Part shown: positions 1 to 9,697 of the stretch, piece after piece
How positions within the stretch are numbered: the stretch's first letter is position 1
How the letters are laid out: every line of letters begins with the position of its first letter
Origin: Bacillota bacterium
GTDB lineage: Bacteria; Bacillota; Clostridia; Lachnospirales; Lachnospiraceae
Assembly (NCBI GenBank): GCA_023437885.1
Contig: JAEZFH010000008.1
Coordinates: 1-38,291, forward strand
Reading direction: 5' to 3'
DNA: 38,291 nt
Made by a program: the position numbers and the translations under genes
Notes under the pieces: generated by a model
What the model saw: the letters and a program-made list of their open reading frames with translations, nothing else
What the model was told of the DNA's origin: nothing
Database searches by the model: none

Positions 1-217
1 CCTTAGCAGTCAAATCAACCTCATCTGAGCTTAAATAATTAATCAGCTGATTAATATAGGCAGTTGGTACCTGATATTGCTTCCCATTATATTCATAGGT
101 CTTCTTCGCTTCAGTAACAATCTGACTCTCAAATTCATTTAACGATCCTGCATATACGGTGGACACCGGGAGCAAGCAGCTCGCGATGACAGCTATAAAT
201 AATACAACTCCCTTCAC
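1..217 (-). CDS. Secreted hypothetical protein, 5' part (runs off the left edge)
   Basis: Not in the ORF track. GTG at 217 follows RBS AGGGAGG. The frame stays open to the edge: MKGVVLFIAVIASCLLPVSTVYA-GSLNEFESQIVTEAKKTYEYNGKQY..., with a Sec-type signal peptide. Confidence 0.75.
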   Translation of the reverse strand, partial: MKGVVLFIAVIASCLLPVSTVYAGSLNEFESQIVTEAKKTYEYNGKQYQVPTAYINQLINYLSSDEVDLTAK

Positions 218-239
218 TAGAAGCCTCCCTGTATATACC

Positions 240-272
240 AAAGGATTTTCCGTATAATACGAAAAATCCTTT
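240..272 (-). terminator. Stem-loop downstream of the 313..2088 gene, probable intrinsic terminator
   Basis: Inverted repeat AAAGGATTTTCCGTA-TAA-TACGAAAAATCCTTT about 40 nt past the stop codon. Confidence 0.6.
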
Positions 273-312
273 GTGAAATTAATATTTTATTAGTTTATCA
301 TTGGTATTGTGA

Positions 313-2088
313 TTAATTGAATGTCGGAACAAAATCCAAGGATGCAATATTGCTATCTATGATCAGGGTATCATTCCCACTCTTGGTTAAAGTGAACGAC
401 GTATCCGACTGGAGGCTCTTCATAGTAATACTTCCTCCCCCTGAAATAACACTAACAGAGTAGCTGTTATTCTTTAAGATGGGGTGGTTTACAAATTGCA
501 CTGTTCTAGCTCCATTTGCTAAGGCTGAAACTTTCACCGAAATACCGCCGATGACCTTTTCAGTATTTCCAATGGTCGTTCCATTCCATTTTGTAACATA
601 ATCACTCTCATTATTGAGATAGCCGTTTAATACTGTAACCATGTCAGTGTCAACTTCAAAGTTAAGACCAGCATATTTTACAGTAATGCTCTTGATCGAT
701 GTATAGGGTTTTGCCAGCTTATAGGTAACAGTGTTACCATTTACTGTCTTAGTAACAGCAGGTGTAGGAGTAGGGGTAGGTATTGTTCCGCCACCGCTGC
801 TGCCACCACCGCCAGGTGTAGGTGTGGTAGTATCCTTGCTGCCATCGGTCTTCTCACCCTTAACGGTTTCCTTGGTTGCATTGTCGCCGGTTCCTACAGT
901 TATATCCAAGGTAATATCTCCCTTAATTGCGGGAACATTTTCCTTCTTATCAACAACTACAGTACTCTTCTCAGCACCCGGAAGCAGTGTCAGGGTTGCT
1001 TTTGCCTGAGCTTCTACTTTTAACGGCACGCTGGAGGTAACCTTTGCACCCTCTGCTTTAACTACAACGGGTACAGGCTGTTCGGACTTACCTGAAACTG
1101 TAATCTCAGATGCCTTATCCATAACAACTTCTGAAATCACACCATTATTCTCAATCGTGATCTTAGCGCCCTGAGCAGTTACTTCGATCTTAACAGACGC
1201 CTTCTCACCAACTACTACTCTGGCATTGCCTGCGATAATAACAAGCTCGTTACCCTTCGCTTCCTCATGCCATGTATCAGCTGCGATTTTCTGTAATTCG
1301 ATAGACTCAAATACACCGTAATTATATACATCAGCATTAGGTGCGTCTACAACCAGCTTTGTCTTCTTATATTCACCGCTGGGAATATTGAAGGTTACTT
1401 CATCATTCGTGCTGATGGTAATCTTCTGAACGCCGCTGCCTAATAATTCCTCTAATTCCTTCTGCGTCGATACGGTTCCAACCTTATCAACAACCTTAAT
1501 GGTAACAGAATCACTCTTGCCGCTTAAGGTTTTACCTGTAATTGTAACTGTACCAGCCTTTAATGCTGTGAACTTGCCGTTCTTGTCCGGCTTAGCAATA
1601 GAAGTATTGCTGCTGGTCCATGTAGTTACATCATTAGAATGGGAAGGGCTGAGTTTTCTGTTTAAATCATATACCTGACCCTTATTCAGAGCTTTTACCT
1701 TGTTAGAGATGGTAAATTCCTTGGCTCCGTATACAGATTTTACGGTAGCAGTCAGCTCATATACCTTCTTGTTGGGAGTGGTAACTTTACAGGTGATAAC
1801 TGCAGTACCTTTAACCTTGGCTTTCACCAAGCCTGCCTTACTCACTGTTGCTACTCTCGTATCACTGCTGGACCATTCGTAGGTTGACCCCTTAATCTCA
1901 TTTTTGACATTAAGATCATAGGTCTGCCCAATTAAAATATTTTTCGATTTGCTGGAAATTGCAGGCTTTGAAGCTGCTTGTGCTGACATAACCGGTACAA
2001 GTGCCACAGCTAACATCACAACCACTGCCATTATAGCCTTGCTCCATACTGCCTTCCATCCGTTGGAAGAAACTGTTTTCATAGTCAT
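313..2088 (-). CDS. Secreted/cell-surface protein with two N-terminal bacterial Ig-like (Big_2) domains and a Pro/Thr/Gly linker
   Basis: Signal peptide ending AQA. Two Big_2-type motifs (WSSSDTRVATVSKAGLVKAKVKGTAVIT; WTSSNTSIAKPDKNGKFTALKAGTVTIT). TPTPGGGGSSGGGTIPTPTPTP linker. RBS AAGGAGAGG. Confidence 0.85.
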   Translation of the reverse strand: MTMKTVSSNGWKAVWSKAIMAVVVMLAVALVPVMSAQAASKPAISSKSKNILIGQTYDLNVKNEIKGSTYEWSSSDTRVATVSKAGLVKAKVKGTAVITCKVTTPNKKVYELTATVKSVYGAKEFTISNKVKALNKGQVYDLNRKLSPSHSNDVTTWTSSNTSIAKPDKNGKFTALKAGTVTITGKTLSGKSDSVTIKVVDKVGTVSTQKELEELLGSGVQKITISTNDEVTFNIPSGEYKKTKLVVDAPNADVYNYGVFESIELQKIAADTWHEEAKGNELVIIAGNARVVVGEKASVKIEVTAQGAKITIENNGVISEVVMDKASEITVSGKSEQPVPVVVKAEGAKVTSSVPLKVEAQAKATLTLLPGAEKSTVVVDKKENVPAIKGDITLDITVGTGDNATKETVKGEKTDGSKDTTTPTPGGGGSSGGGTIPTPTPTPAVTKTVNGNTVTYKLAKPYTSIKSITVKYAGLNFEVDTDMVTVLNGYLNNESDYVTKWNGTTIGNTEKVIGGISVKVSALANGARTVQFVNHPILKNNSYSVSVISGGGSITMKSLQSDTSFTLTKSGNDTLIIDSNIASLDFVPTFN

Positions 2089-2179
2089 CCTCTCCTTTTA
2101 TTAAATTTACATGGTGTCCGTATATCCTGGAATACTCCGAGAATATTGCATAAATATTACCATAAAAACCATTAACATT

Positions 2180-2208
2180 ATACTATTTCATAATCATGGA
2201 AAAGTCAA
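2180..2208 (-). promoter_or_regulatory. Putative sigma-A promoter for 313..2088
   Basis: Minus strand TTGACT-17 nt-TAGTAT, with TATAAT overlapping just downstream. Confidence 0.5.
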
Positions 2209-2371
2209 GATAAATATGGAATAAAACTAGTACTCATAAAACCAGTATACATTGAAACTATATTGCAGAATAGTACTGAGTTTTCTTTTACAGGTATTTG
2301 CAAATATATAAAAATTACCTATTAAAATCTGCAGCTTGAACCTCTGCAGCGTGAGCAGCATGCAGCATATA

Positions 2372-2400
2372 TTGACATTTATAATCAACTTTAATAGAAT
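2372..2400 (+). promoter_or_regulatory. Putative sigma-A promoter for 2487..3998
   Basis: TTGACA (2372-2377), 17-nt spacer, TAGAAT (2395-2400). Confidence 0.7.
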
Positions 2401-2486
2401 AATGTCTATATTATGAGTTTTTTATATTTGAAAAAGGAGAAATCCCATCCTACCCGACTAATCATTAATCTCCGGAGGTTTTCATT

Positions 2487-3998
2487 TTGAGTGAATTTTC
2501 ATTAGCATTAAAGAAAGTCATACGAAACCAAAACACAACAATCCTGACCCTGTCCAAGAACAGCGGTGTTGACCGAACCTCACTCCAGCATATGCTCACA
2601 GGCAAATATTTGCCGGCCAGCATAGAAGTGGTCGAAAATATACTAAACGCAATGATCTTAACTCCTGTGCAGCAGAAGGAACTGATACGATTATACTATA
2701 TTGCCCGAATAGGAGAGGATGCCTATGACAGAAATCTTTTGGTCAAGGATATCTTCGAATCGGTAGATACCCTTACTTACCCAAGATTGACAATCCCCGG
2801 TATGAATTACCAGCATGATTTCAAGATTTTCGCGCAGACAAGCTCCTTTTCCTCCTCCCATGAGGTAAAGCTTATTATCAAGGCTGTCCTTGAGGATGAG
2901 TCTTCTAAAGATAGCGGCTATGTCAAGCTTATGCTCCAGCCTGATTTTGAATTTGTAATGGAATTGATGCTTATCCTAACGAATTCCTGTCCGCAGCTGG
3001 AGGCGGAACATATTTTCTGCATGTACCAGGATGTGCATAAAGCTGCGAATCACCAAAATCTACACAGCTTTAAGGCCATACTGCCGCTGCTTATCCATGG
3101 CGCCAGCTATCAACCCTATATTTTTTACGGAAACAGTGCGGGCTGTGTCAGCAATACCTCCCTTTTCCCTTTCCTTATCATTACTTCGGACAAGATTTTG
3201 AGTATCTCTTATGATTTGAATCAGGCAATCCTGCACCAGGATAAGGACATTCACGCAATTTATCTTAATCAATTTTCAAGAATTAAAGCAATCAGTAAGC
3301 CTCTGATTGATAAAATACGCAGCCCCATGGACATGTATCACAGGTACTCTATCCTTGATATAGGAATAAACTCCGAGAAAACACAAGCTGCTTTTACCTA
3401 TACCCTTTTCTCGCAGCCCTGCCTCTTATTCTTTGTCGGCAAGGAACACCTGTCCAAGTACATGTATGACAATTCGGAGAAAGAGAATTTGATACAGATG
3501 ATTCTTCATCGTAATTCTTCTTACCTGTCCAGATTTACGAACGGCTATCATTTTACCACTTATTTTACCGAGGAAGGCTTGGATGATTTTTGGAACACCG
3601 GACGGATCCGGGAAATCCCCAATTATTTTTATGCTCCTGTTGACCCGGAAGACCGTCTTCAGATTATCAGGAACTTCATTGACATGACTCTGGATACTGC
3701 CTGCCATCCCATCCTGATCAATACCGGCAAATTTAAGCTCTCCCGCCACATGGTGGTGTCAGCGGTGGATGAAACTTCGGTAATTTTGATTTACAATCAT
3801 CCCCGAAGCGGAATGATGCATTTCATTTTTCACGAATATATGATTGCCTCCTCTTTCTTTCGCTTCATCCAAAATCTTAGCAACAGCGTTTTGGTTTATT
3901 CGGAGGAGGAGTCAAGAAAAATGTTAAAACAAAAGCTTCTTCAATATGAAGAGGAGCTGCAAAACAGCCGGAATAGGACCCAATACTTTATCACATAA
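2487..3998 (+). CDS. Putative transcriptional regulator: N-terminal Xre-like HTH plus large C-terminal domain of unknown function
   Basis: TTG start after GGAGG. N-terminus TILTLSKNSGVDRTSLQHMLTGKYLP fits an Xre-type HTH. No signal peptide or TM segment. Confidence 0.65.
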   Translation: MSEFSLALKKVIRNQNTTILTLSKNSGVDRTSLQHMLTGKYLPASIEVVENILNAMILTPVQQKELIRLYYIARIGEDAYDRNLLVKDIFESVDTLTYPRLTIPGMNYQHDFKIFAQTSSFSSSHEVKLIIKAVLEDESSKDSGYVKLMLQPDFEFVMELMLILTNSCPQLEAEHIFCMYQDVHKAANHQNLHSFKAILPLLIHGASYQPYIFYGNSAGCVSNTSLFPFLIITSDKILSISYDLNQAILHQDKDIHAIYLNQFSRIKAISKPLIDKIRSPMDMYHRYSILDIGINSEKTQAAFTYTLFSQPCLLFFVGKEHLSKYMYDNSEKENLIQMILHRNSSYLSRFTNGYHFTTYFTEEGLDDFWNTGRIREIPNYFYAPVDPEDRLQIIRNFIDMTLDTACHPILINTGKFKLSRHMVVSAVDETSVILIYNHPRSGMMHFIFHEYMIASSFFRFIQNLSNSVLVYSEEESRKMLKQKLLQYEEELQNSRNRTQYFIT

Positions 3999-4107
3999 AG
4001 CATCACACATTGAAGCCATCCAAACAATAGTTCTATAATATAGGGATGATTGTATTCGACAGAGAAATACAATCATCCCTATATTATACTTGGAAGGAGC
4101 TTCATCT

Positions 4108-7100
4108 ATGAAAAACAAAAGAAGAGTAAAATCACACGGTGTGATCTCGCTACTCTTAGTGCTGGTATTCCTGATGACCGGAATACCGATCACCCCCATT
4201 GCTGTGGCACAGGCTGCCTCAGTTCCCGCCATGTCTGCAAAGACAGCAGATGTATTGGTGGGAAAGACGTATGATTTTAAAATTGACAACAAAGCAAAAA
4301 ATTCTAAGTACCAATGGAAGTCCAGTGACGCCTCCATTGCGAAGGTTACGAGCAAAGGTACCGTAACCGGTCTCAAGAAGGGAAAAGCAACCATCACCTG
4401 TCAGATCACTGCACAGGGTAAGGTATACAAATTAACAAGTACGGTTGCAGTCCGGACCCCTGCCAAATCCATCACTATCAATAACAAGATTACCGAATTG
4501 AAGGTCGGTGAGAAATACAATCTCAACCGGACCCTGTCTCCGGCATCCTCCAGCGACAAAACCACCTGGAGCAGCAGCGATAAAACGATTGCTAAGCCGG
4601 ACAAAAACGGTATTTTTACTGCCTTAAAGGAAGGTACGGTTACCATAACCGCAAAAACCTTAAGCGGTAAGAAGGATTCTGTCACCATCAAAGTGTCTGA
4701 TGAAAAAATCACTAAGGAATTAACCAAAACAGATGTGGTTGACGGTAAAATTAATTTATCAAATGTTACTTATGATATCCTAACCATCGCAAGCAGCGTG
4801 GGCGATGTTGAAATCGTTCTGGATCATGTTACGGTGAAAGACCGGCTTGAAATGGAGACAGATGCCGCCTATACCGTAAAAGCAATTAATTCGGAGATCA
4901 ACCGGGTTGTTTCACTGGAGGAGAAAGCGATTGCATCGATGGCAGTGAGTGACAATTCCGCGGCTGCTCCGGCTCCTACCTTTGTTGCGGAAAGCGGAAC
5001 CATTGTAGTAACCATAGATGCCAGAGGCAATGTCTCCGTAAAGCAGGAAGGTACCGCAAAGATCGGAATGCTTACCGTTAATAGAAATTATGACGGTAAC
5101 ATCAAATTAAATCTTGACGGATTTCAAGGAAATATTGTAGTAAATACGGTATCCAACGCCGATATTTCAATCGTTACCAAGAACTGTACCATTCCTGAGG
5201 CTACCATCAGCGGCTCATCCTCCGGACAGCAGCTGACCTTTACCGATACCTCCGATTCTGCCAATGCTTCCGTCATCAGCAAAATTAATGTTGCAACAGA
5301 GGCAAAGCTGAGTATTGATGTTCCCGCCAAGGAACTGGTCATTGCAAAAGAAGCACGCAATGCAGCCGTTACCGTAGAAAAGCCGGTAGAAAAGATCGTT
5401 AACAACGGTTCTGCCACCAATCTTGCCGTGAATAGCAATGTTACAAGCATTGTCTCCTCCGGAGAAAATCTGGCAGTGAAGGTAACTGCCGGCTCTACCG
5501 TCAAGGCGGTTGAATTATCCGGCTCCTCCTCACGGTTAGAGGTTGCCCTGGGCTCCTCTGTTGAAAATGTCCTTTCTACAGGTAACGAAACCGAGATTAC
5601 CGGATCCGGTCATGTAAAAGAGGTAAAGGTCGAGGGTAACAATACCAAGGTAAATACCCCTAACACCAAGGTTAGTGTGGATGAGAAGGCCACCGGCACA
5701 ACCGCAAATGGTTCAGCGGTTGCTCCCGGCACTTCCGCTACTCCTGCACCTACCAGCGCACCGTCTAACCCTGGTACCCCGACAGGTCCAACCACCGCGC
5801 CTACACCGGCTCCAACAACTACTCCAGCTCCTACGGGTACACCGACACCAACCGATACTCCTACTCCGACGGGTCAGCCGACACCAACCGGTAATCCTAC
5901 TCCTACTCCGACAGATACCCCTTCCACCGGCGAAAAGATTACTATCTCTATTCCCGGAGAAGTACGGGCAGGAAAAGCAATTCAGCTATCCGCCGATAAG
6001 GAACAGATATTCTGGCGCGTATACGAATATATGAATAGCACCTCCGGAAGAGCTACGATTGAACCTTCCACCGGATTGTTGTCGCCGCAATCTACCGGAA
6101 CCGTCAGAGTAGTTGCTACCTCTCTTCTTAATAATAAGGTATATGGTGCTGTAGACATTCAGATTCAAGGACAGCGGTTTGTAAAATATGATTCCGTGGC
6201 TCCCATCACCATTGATACAGATATGCATCTGACTACCATGGATGAATTGAATTTATCCAATCTTCTCCCGACTAAAGTGGGAATGGTTTATGAAACGGGC
6301 AACGGCGCAGAAACTGAACTGATCCAGGCTGATTTATATAGCAGTGTATCCGGGATCTATGATGGTACCAATACCGGTAGTTATTTAGTGCAAGGTCACG
6401 CTATGCCTTCCTCCCAATATGAGAGCCCTAACAGCTTTACCGTAGGCATTGTAGTTAATGTTACCGTGCCTCAGAGCAAGAGCGTTACCAAGCAGCGTGT
6501 TCTTGAAGCTTCTCCTTTAGAACCTATTATTCTGACTGAAGATAAACACATTGTAAATAGCAACGATTTATTCAATAATTATTTGAGAACGAAAGAGGCA
6601 ACACTGAAAACCGTCAGCGGAAGTACAATAACAGCAGAAATCCGAGGGTACATGAATCTCACGGAGCAGAAATTTAACGGTGCCGCTGTCGGTGAATATG
6701 ATCTGGAATTGTATATTCCTCTTACTACAGATTATTATTACCGATTATTAAATACCAGTACAAATCATGTATCCTGGACTGATTCCTCCAGCATCGGTGT
6801 TCCCCTTAAGGTGATCGTGCAGGCTCCGCAGACGCCGGAGACGACGACAACCGGCCCCGCAATACCGGATACAACCCAGCCGAAGCATACAAGCCAATCT
6901 TCTGCTGCAGCAATAGAATCAGTTACATTGACCGGTGTACCGGAAGAGCTTCCTACCTGTTCTCTATTTGACTTCAGTAATTATCTGACAGTCAATACTG
7001 CCTCAGATAAGCCCGCCGATAAAAGAGTTGAATGGACGATCGACGGAAATAGCAGCATCTTTTTAAATCAGATCACCGGACTTTCTGCTGTATTGTATGA

Positions 7101-8133
7101 TAGCACCTGTAAAATCCGGGCTACTTCCGTCGTGGATAGAACCAAATTTGCGGAGGTAACGGTACGCTTTAACAATCAAAAGAACCTTGTCAGCGTGACA
7201 ACGCCGGAACCCATCGTCGTGAATGAGGATCTGCATATTGCAGATTTCAAAACACTTTATGCAAAACTGGCAGATCAACTGCCGACTCATATTATAGCCA
7301 TGGATTCGAATGGAGTGAGTATTCCTTTGCGAGTTAGCGGCTGGTATCATTCTTCACAAACGGATGGTAATTTTATAATTAAACCCAGCCTGGCCACTCC
7401 TCTTGGCTATAACTACTCCTCTCTTTCAACGGAGCAGAAGATACAATTTAATGTACCTCAGACACAAAACAAAATAAAAGTGGTTTCTGCTTCCTTTGCT
7501 TCCGATACAGTTATCATAGATGAGGATAGATATGCAACCAGCCCGGAATATCTGATGCAAGCAATCCACGGCCCCAATTCCTCTAGTGATATCCGGGTCC
7601 AGGCCTTATTGGAGGACGGCTCCACAGTTGAAATATCCTGTATCCGCGGCGGATATGATATCTATCCGGCTGTTTCGAACAATCCCTTTAAGTATACAGG
7701 TGCTCAAGGGGAATACTCTGTCGATTATTTCCTGTCCCTGCCCAGCGGATATACATTGGCGGATACCTCAAACGGACCTCAGATCAGACTTACACAGAGG
7801 GTTGTGATTAATGCAGCGCAAACGTCCAAATATGAATTAATTCATGTGGTAACTCCGCCTGTAAAGTCAAATTATCAAGCGGGAGAGGTCTTAGATCTTA
7901 CCGGAATCTTAGTAAAATTAATTGTAACGCAGGACGGAGTGGAAACAAATGTTTATATCAGCTATGAAGAGTTTGCCAATTACGGTATCGTGCTTCATAA
8001 GACAGATAATAACGGGCAGGTAATTGCTCAGGGTGATCCTGTAACCAAAGATATGAATAATAATTTTATCTGTGTGGTAAGCACGAAGAATAACAATGCT
8101 TCTTACTTTGGACCGATCTTTGTAACAGAGTAA
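4108..8133 (+). CDS. Large secreted multi-Ig-domain surface protein (Big_2 x2, beta-rich region, PT linker, repeated Ig-like modules, C-terminal Big_3-like domain)
   Basis: ATG 4108 after GAAGGAG is preferred over the TTG at 4090. Signal peptide MKNKRRVK...AVAQA. Big_2 motifs, a (PT)n linker at ~5716-5930, and C-terminal PPVKSNYQAGEVLDLTGI. Confidence 0.85.
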   Translation: MKNKRRVKSHGVISLLLVLVFLMTGIPITPIAVAQAASVPAMSAKTADVLVGKTYDFKIDNKAKNSKYQWKSSDASIAKVTSKGTVTGLKKGKATITCQITAQGKVYKLTSTVAVRTPAKSITINNKITELKVGEKYNLNRTLSPASSSDKTTWSSSDKTIAKPDKNGIFTALKEGTVTITAKTLSGKKDSVTIKVSDEKITKELTKTDVVDGKINLSNVTYDILTIASSVGDVEIVLDHVTVKDRLEMETDAAYTVKAINSEINRVVSLEEKAIASMAVSDNSAAAPAPTFVAESGTIVVTIDARGNVSVKQEGTAKIGMLTVNRNYDGNIKLNLDGFQGNIVVNTVSNADISIVTKNCTIPEATISGSSSGQQLTFTDTSDSANASVISKINVATEAKLSIDVPAKELVIAKEARNAAVTVEKPVEKIVNNGSATNLAVNSNVTSIVSSGENLAVKVTAGSTVKAVELSGSSSRLEVALGSSVENVLSTGNETEITGSGHVKEVKVEGNNTKVNTPNTKVSVDEKATGTTANGSAVAPGTSATPAPTSAPSNPGTPTGPTTAPTPAPTTTPAPTGTPTPTDTPTPTGQPTPTGNPTPTPTDTPSTGEKITISIPGEVRAGKAIQLSADKEQIFWRVYEYMNSTSGRATIEPSTGLLSPQSTGTVRVVATSLLNNKVYGAVDIQIQGQRFVKYDSVAPITIDTDMHLTTMDELNLSNLLPTKVGMVYETGNGAETELIQADLYSSVSGIYDGTNTGSYLVQGHAMPSSQYESPNSFTVGIVVNVTVPQSKSVTKQRVLEASPLEPIILTEDKHIVNSNDLFNNYLRTKEATLKTVSGSTITAEIRGYMNLTEQKFNGAAVGEYDLELYIPLTTDYYYRLLNTSTNHVSWTDSSSIGVPLKVIVQAPQTPETTTTGPAIPDTTQPKHTSQSSAAAIESVTLTGVPEELPTCSLFDFSNYLTVNTASDKPADKRVEWTIDGNSSIFLNQITGLSAVLYDSTCKIRATSVVDRTKFAEVTVRFNNQKNLVSVTTPEPIVVNEDLHIADFKTLYAKLADQLPTHIIAMDSNGVSIPLRVSGWYHSSQTDGNFIIKPSLATPLGYNYSSLSTEQKIQFNVPQTQNKIKVVSASFASDTVIIDEDRYATSPEYLMQAIHGPNSSSDIRVQALLEDGSTVEISCIRGGYDIYPAVSNNPFKYTGAQGEYSVDYFLSLPSGYTLADTSNGPQIRLTQRVVINAAQTSKYELIHVVTPPVKSNYQAGEVLDLTGILVKLIVTQDGVETNVYISYEEFANYGIVLHKTDNNGQVIAQGDPVTKDMNNNFICVVSTKNNNASYFGPIFVTE
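5716..5930 (+). repeat. Low-complexity Pro/Thr linker coding repeats
   Basis: Encodes APTPAPTTTPAPTGTPTPTDTPTPTGQPTPTGNPTPTPTDTP. Confidence 0.85.
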
Positions 8134-8163
8134 TCTATTGATCCGCTTTTCCTGTAAAAGGAA

Positions 8164-8232
8164 AAAAATCCCTCATGGTTGCCTTGTGATAGCGTTGATA
8201 TGCTCACATATCACTGACCATGAGGGATTTTT
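8164..8232. terminator. Long inverted repeat between convergent genes, probable bidirectional terminator
   Basis: Perfect 16-bp arms AAAAATCCCTCATGGT / ACCATGAGGGATTTTT, plus inner GTGAT/ATCAC pairing. Confidence 0.7.
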
Positions 8233-8478
8233 CTACAGTGCAGCTTTTCTTTTTTCTCTTCCCAAAGGATAAGCCTGAAATCTTTATTGTACATGAATAT
8301 GCCCGAACAGTATTTTCTCCGGTAAACGATGGAACACCTACTATTCCCAGTAAAATTAGCCATCCCTTTTTTATGCAGATGACTGGTTAGCAGGGTTGTA
8401 TTCCAGCTCAGACCATATGGTTTCTCCAATGAAATCGAATATTTTAATTATCATCACTGATTCTATAAAGGTATTTAT

Positions 8479-9606
8479 CTATAATTCATCGAGCTTTACT
8501 CTAAGTGCAGCAATCCCTTCTTTTTTTAGGGAATATATAACATACAGAACATTATCCTGTATCATCGTATGCGGATAACCGTAGGTACCGCTCTTATATA
8601 AACCGGGAGCTATTTGGATGTACGGTTCATCTCTTAATACATAGTGGCTGTCAAACGTGCTTCCATCCTCAGAGATAGACAATACAAGCGGATTTCTAGC
8701 CCCACCCGGCTCCGGATCAGGAGATCCAACATAATAGTACCTTCCGTCCGGCATTAAGCCGAAGTGGAATTTTGTTGAATTATCCGTAAAATCTGTTTTA
8801 TCCGGTTCGGACCAGGTTTCTCCGTTGTCGCTGCTTTCGCTTACCCAAAGTCTGTCGGTATTGCTGCGCAGCAGCATATGAAGATTTCCATCCACCGTCT
8901 GGTAGAAGGAGCCTTCACATAGCATCTCCATACTTCTTCCCATCCACTGATTGATTTTTCTGAAACTCTCCGAGTCATCGCATATACTTTTGTTCCATTC
9001 CTTATTATAAATACCTGTCTGTTTCCATCCTGTATGTCCTGCAGGATCATCTGTATAAGGATACATAATGTTCCCACTGATAATCAATCTCCCTGTACCG
9101 GTTTTCTGAGGACCATGGTTTGGAACAATGGGCAGCCCGGTATCCTGCGGAAGGCTCCAGCTTACTCCATCACATGTTGTTATATATTTCAGGCAGGTAC
9201 CCCTGTGTCCCTGGTCTCCATGCTTTCTGACTCCATTCTGTATCATATCGGGTTCATATTCGTATTGTCCGAAGTAAGCAGTAAGGGTATCGCCATATTG
9301 ATGAAACCCTGCTGCCGTAAGCACCAATTCGGAATGTTGTCCCCAAGTTGATGGTACCAAGGGAACAGGCTCTGTCCAGTGATAAAAATCCTCCGAGGCA
9401 GAGATCAAAACCCTCTGCCCCAAATCATCCTCATTCTGTCTGCCGTTTGACCATATGGCGTAAAATCTGCCCTTAAAGCAGGTAATTGAAGGATGATGTG
9501 AATATGTCCATTCTTTTTCAGGCTGATATAGGTAAACCATTTCCGTTTCAGCCTTCTTTCTGGGTTCGCAAGGTTTATAATTGTTCGTTATTTTACAGCC
9601 TGGCAT
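8479..9606 (-). CDS. BNR/Asp-box beta-propeller glycoside hydrolase (exo-alpha-sialidase-like fold), cytoplasmic
   Basis: Asp-box-like repeats SASEDFYHW, TTCDGVSW, SSDNGETW and SEDGSTF, plus C-terminal YGYP. ATG 9606 follows GGGAGGAG. No signal peptide. No clear FRIP motif, so true sialidase activity is not established. Confidence 0.7.
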   Translation of the reverse strand: MPGCKITNNYKPCEPRKKAETEMVYLYQPEKEWTYSHHPSITCFKGRFYAIWSNGRQNEDDLGQRVLISASEDFYHWTEPVPLVPSTWGQHSELVLTAAGFHQYGDTLTAYFGQYEYEPDMIQNGVRKHGDQGHRGTCLKYITTCDGVSWSLPQDTGLPIVPNHGPQKTGTGRLIISGNIMYPYTDDPAGHTGWKQTGIYNKEWNKSICDDSESFRKINQWMGRSMEMLCEGSFYQTVDGNLHMLLRSNTDRLWVSESSDNGETWSEPDKTDFTDNSTKFHFGLMPDGRYYYVGSPDPEPGGARNPLVLSISEDGSTFDSHYVLRDEPYIQIAPGLYKSGTYGYPHTMIQDNVLYVIYSLKKEGIAALRVKLDEL

Positions 9607-9697
9607 TCTGCTCCTCCCAGCTGCCGTCAGGCAGCTCAAATTCGATAATTAAAACTACTGCAAATTTACTTTGAGAAAAGTTCACTCTCGTACTTTA

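Noticed and set aside
731..7807. Antisense ORFs inside the Ig-domain genes (e.g. 731..1009, 4401..4727, 5124..5504)
   Set aside because: They are shadow frames produced by codon bias of Thr/Val/Ser-rich proteins.
8211..8429. 72-aa minus-strand ORF downstream of the BNR hydrolase
   Set aside because: TTG start without a convincing RBS, no motif, and it ends inside the terminator hairpin.
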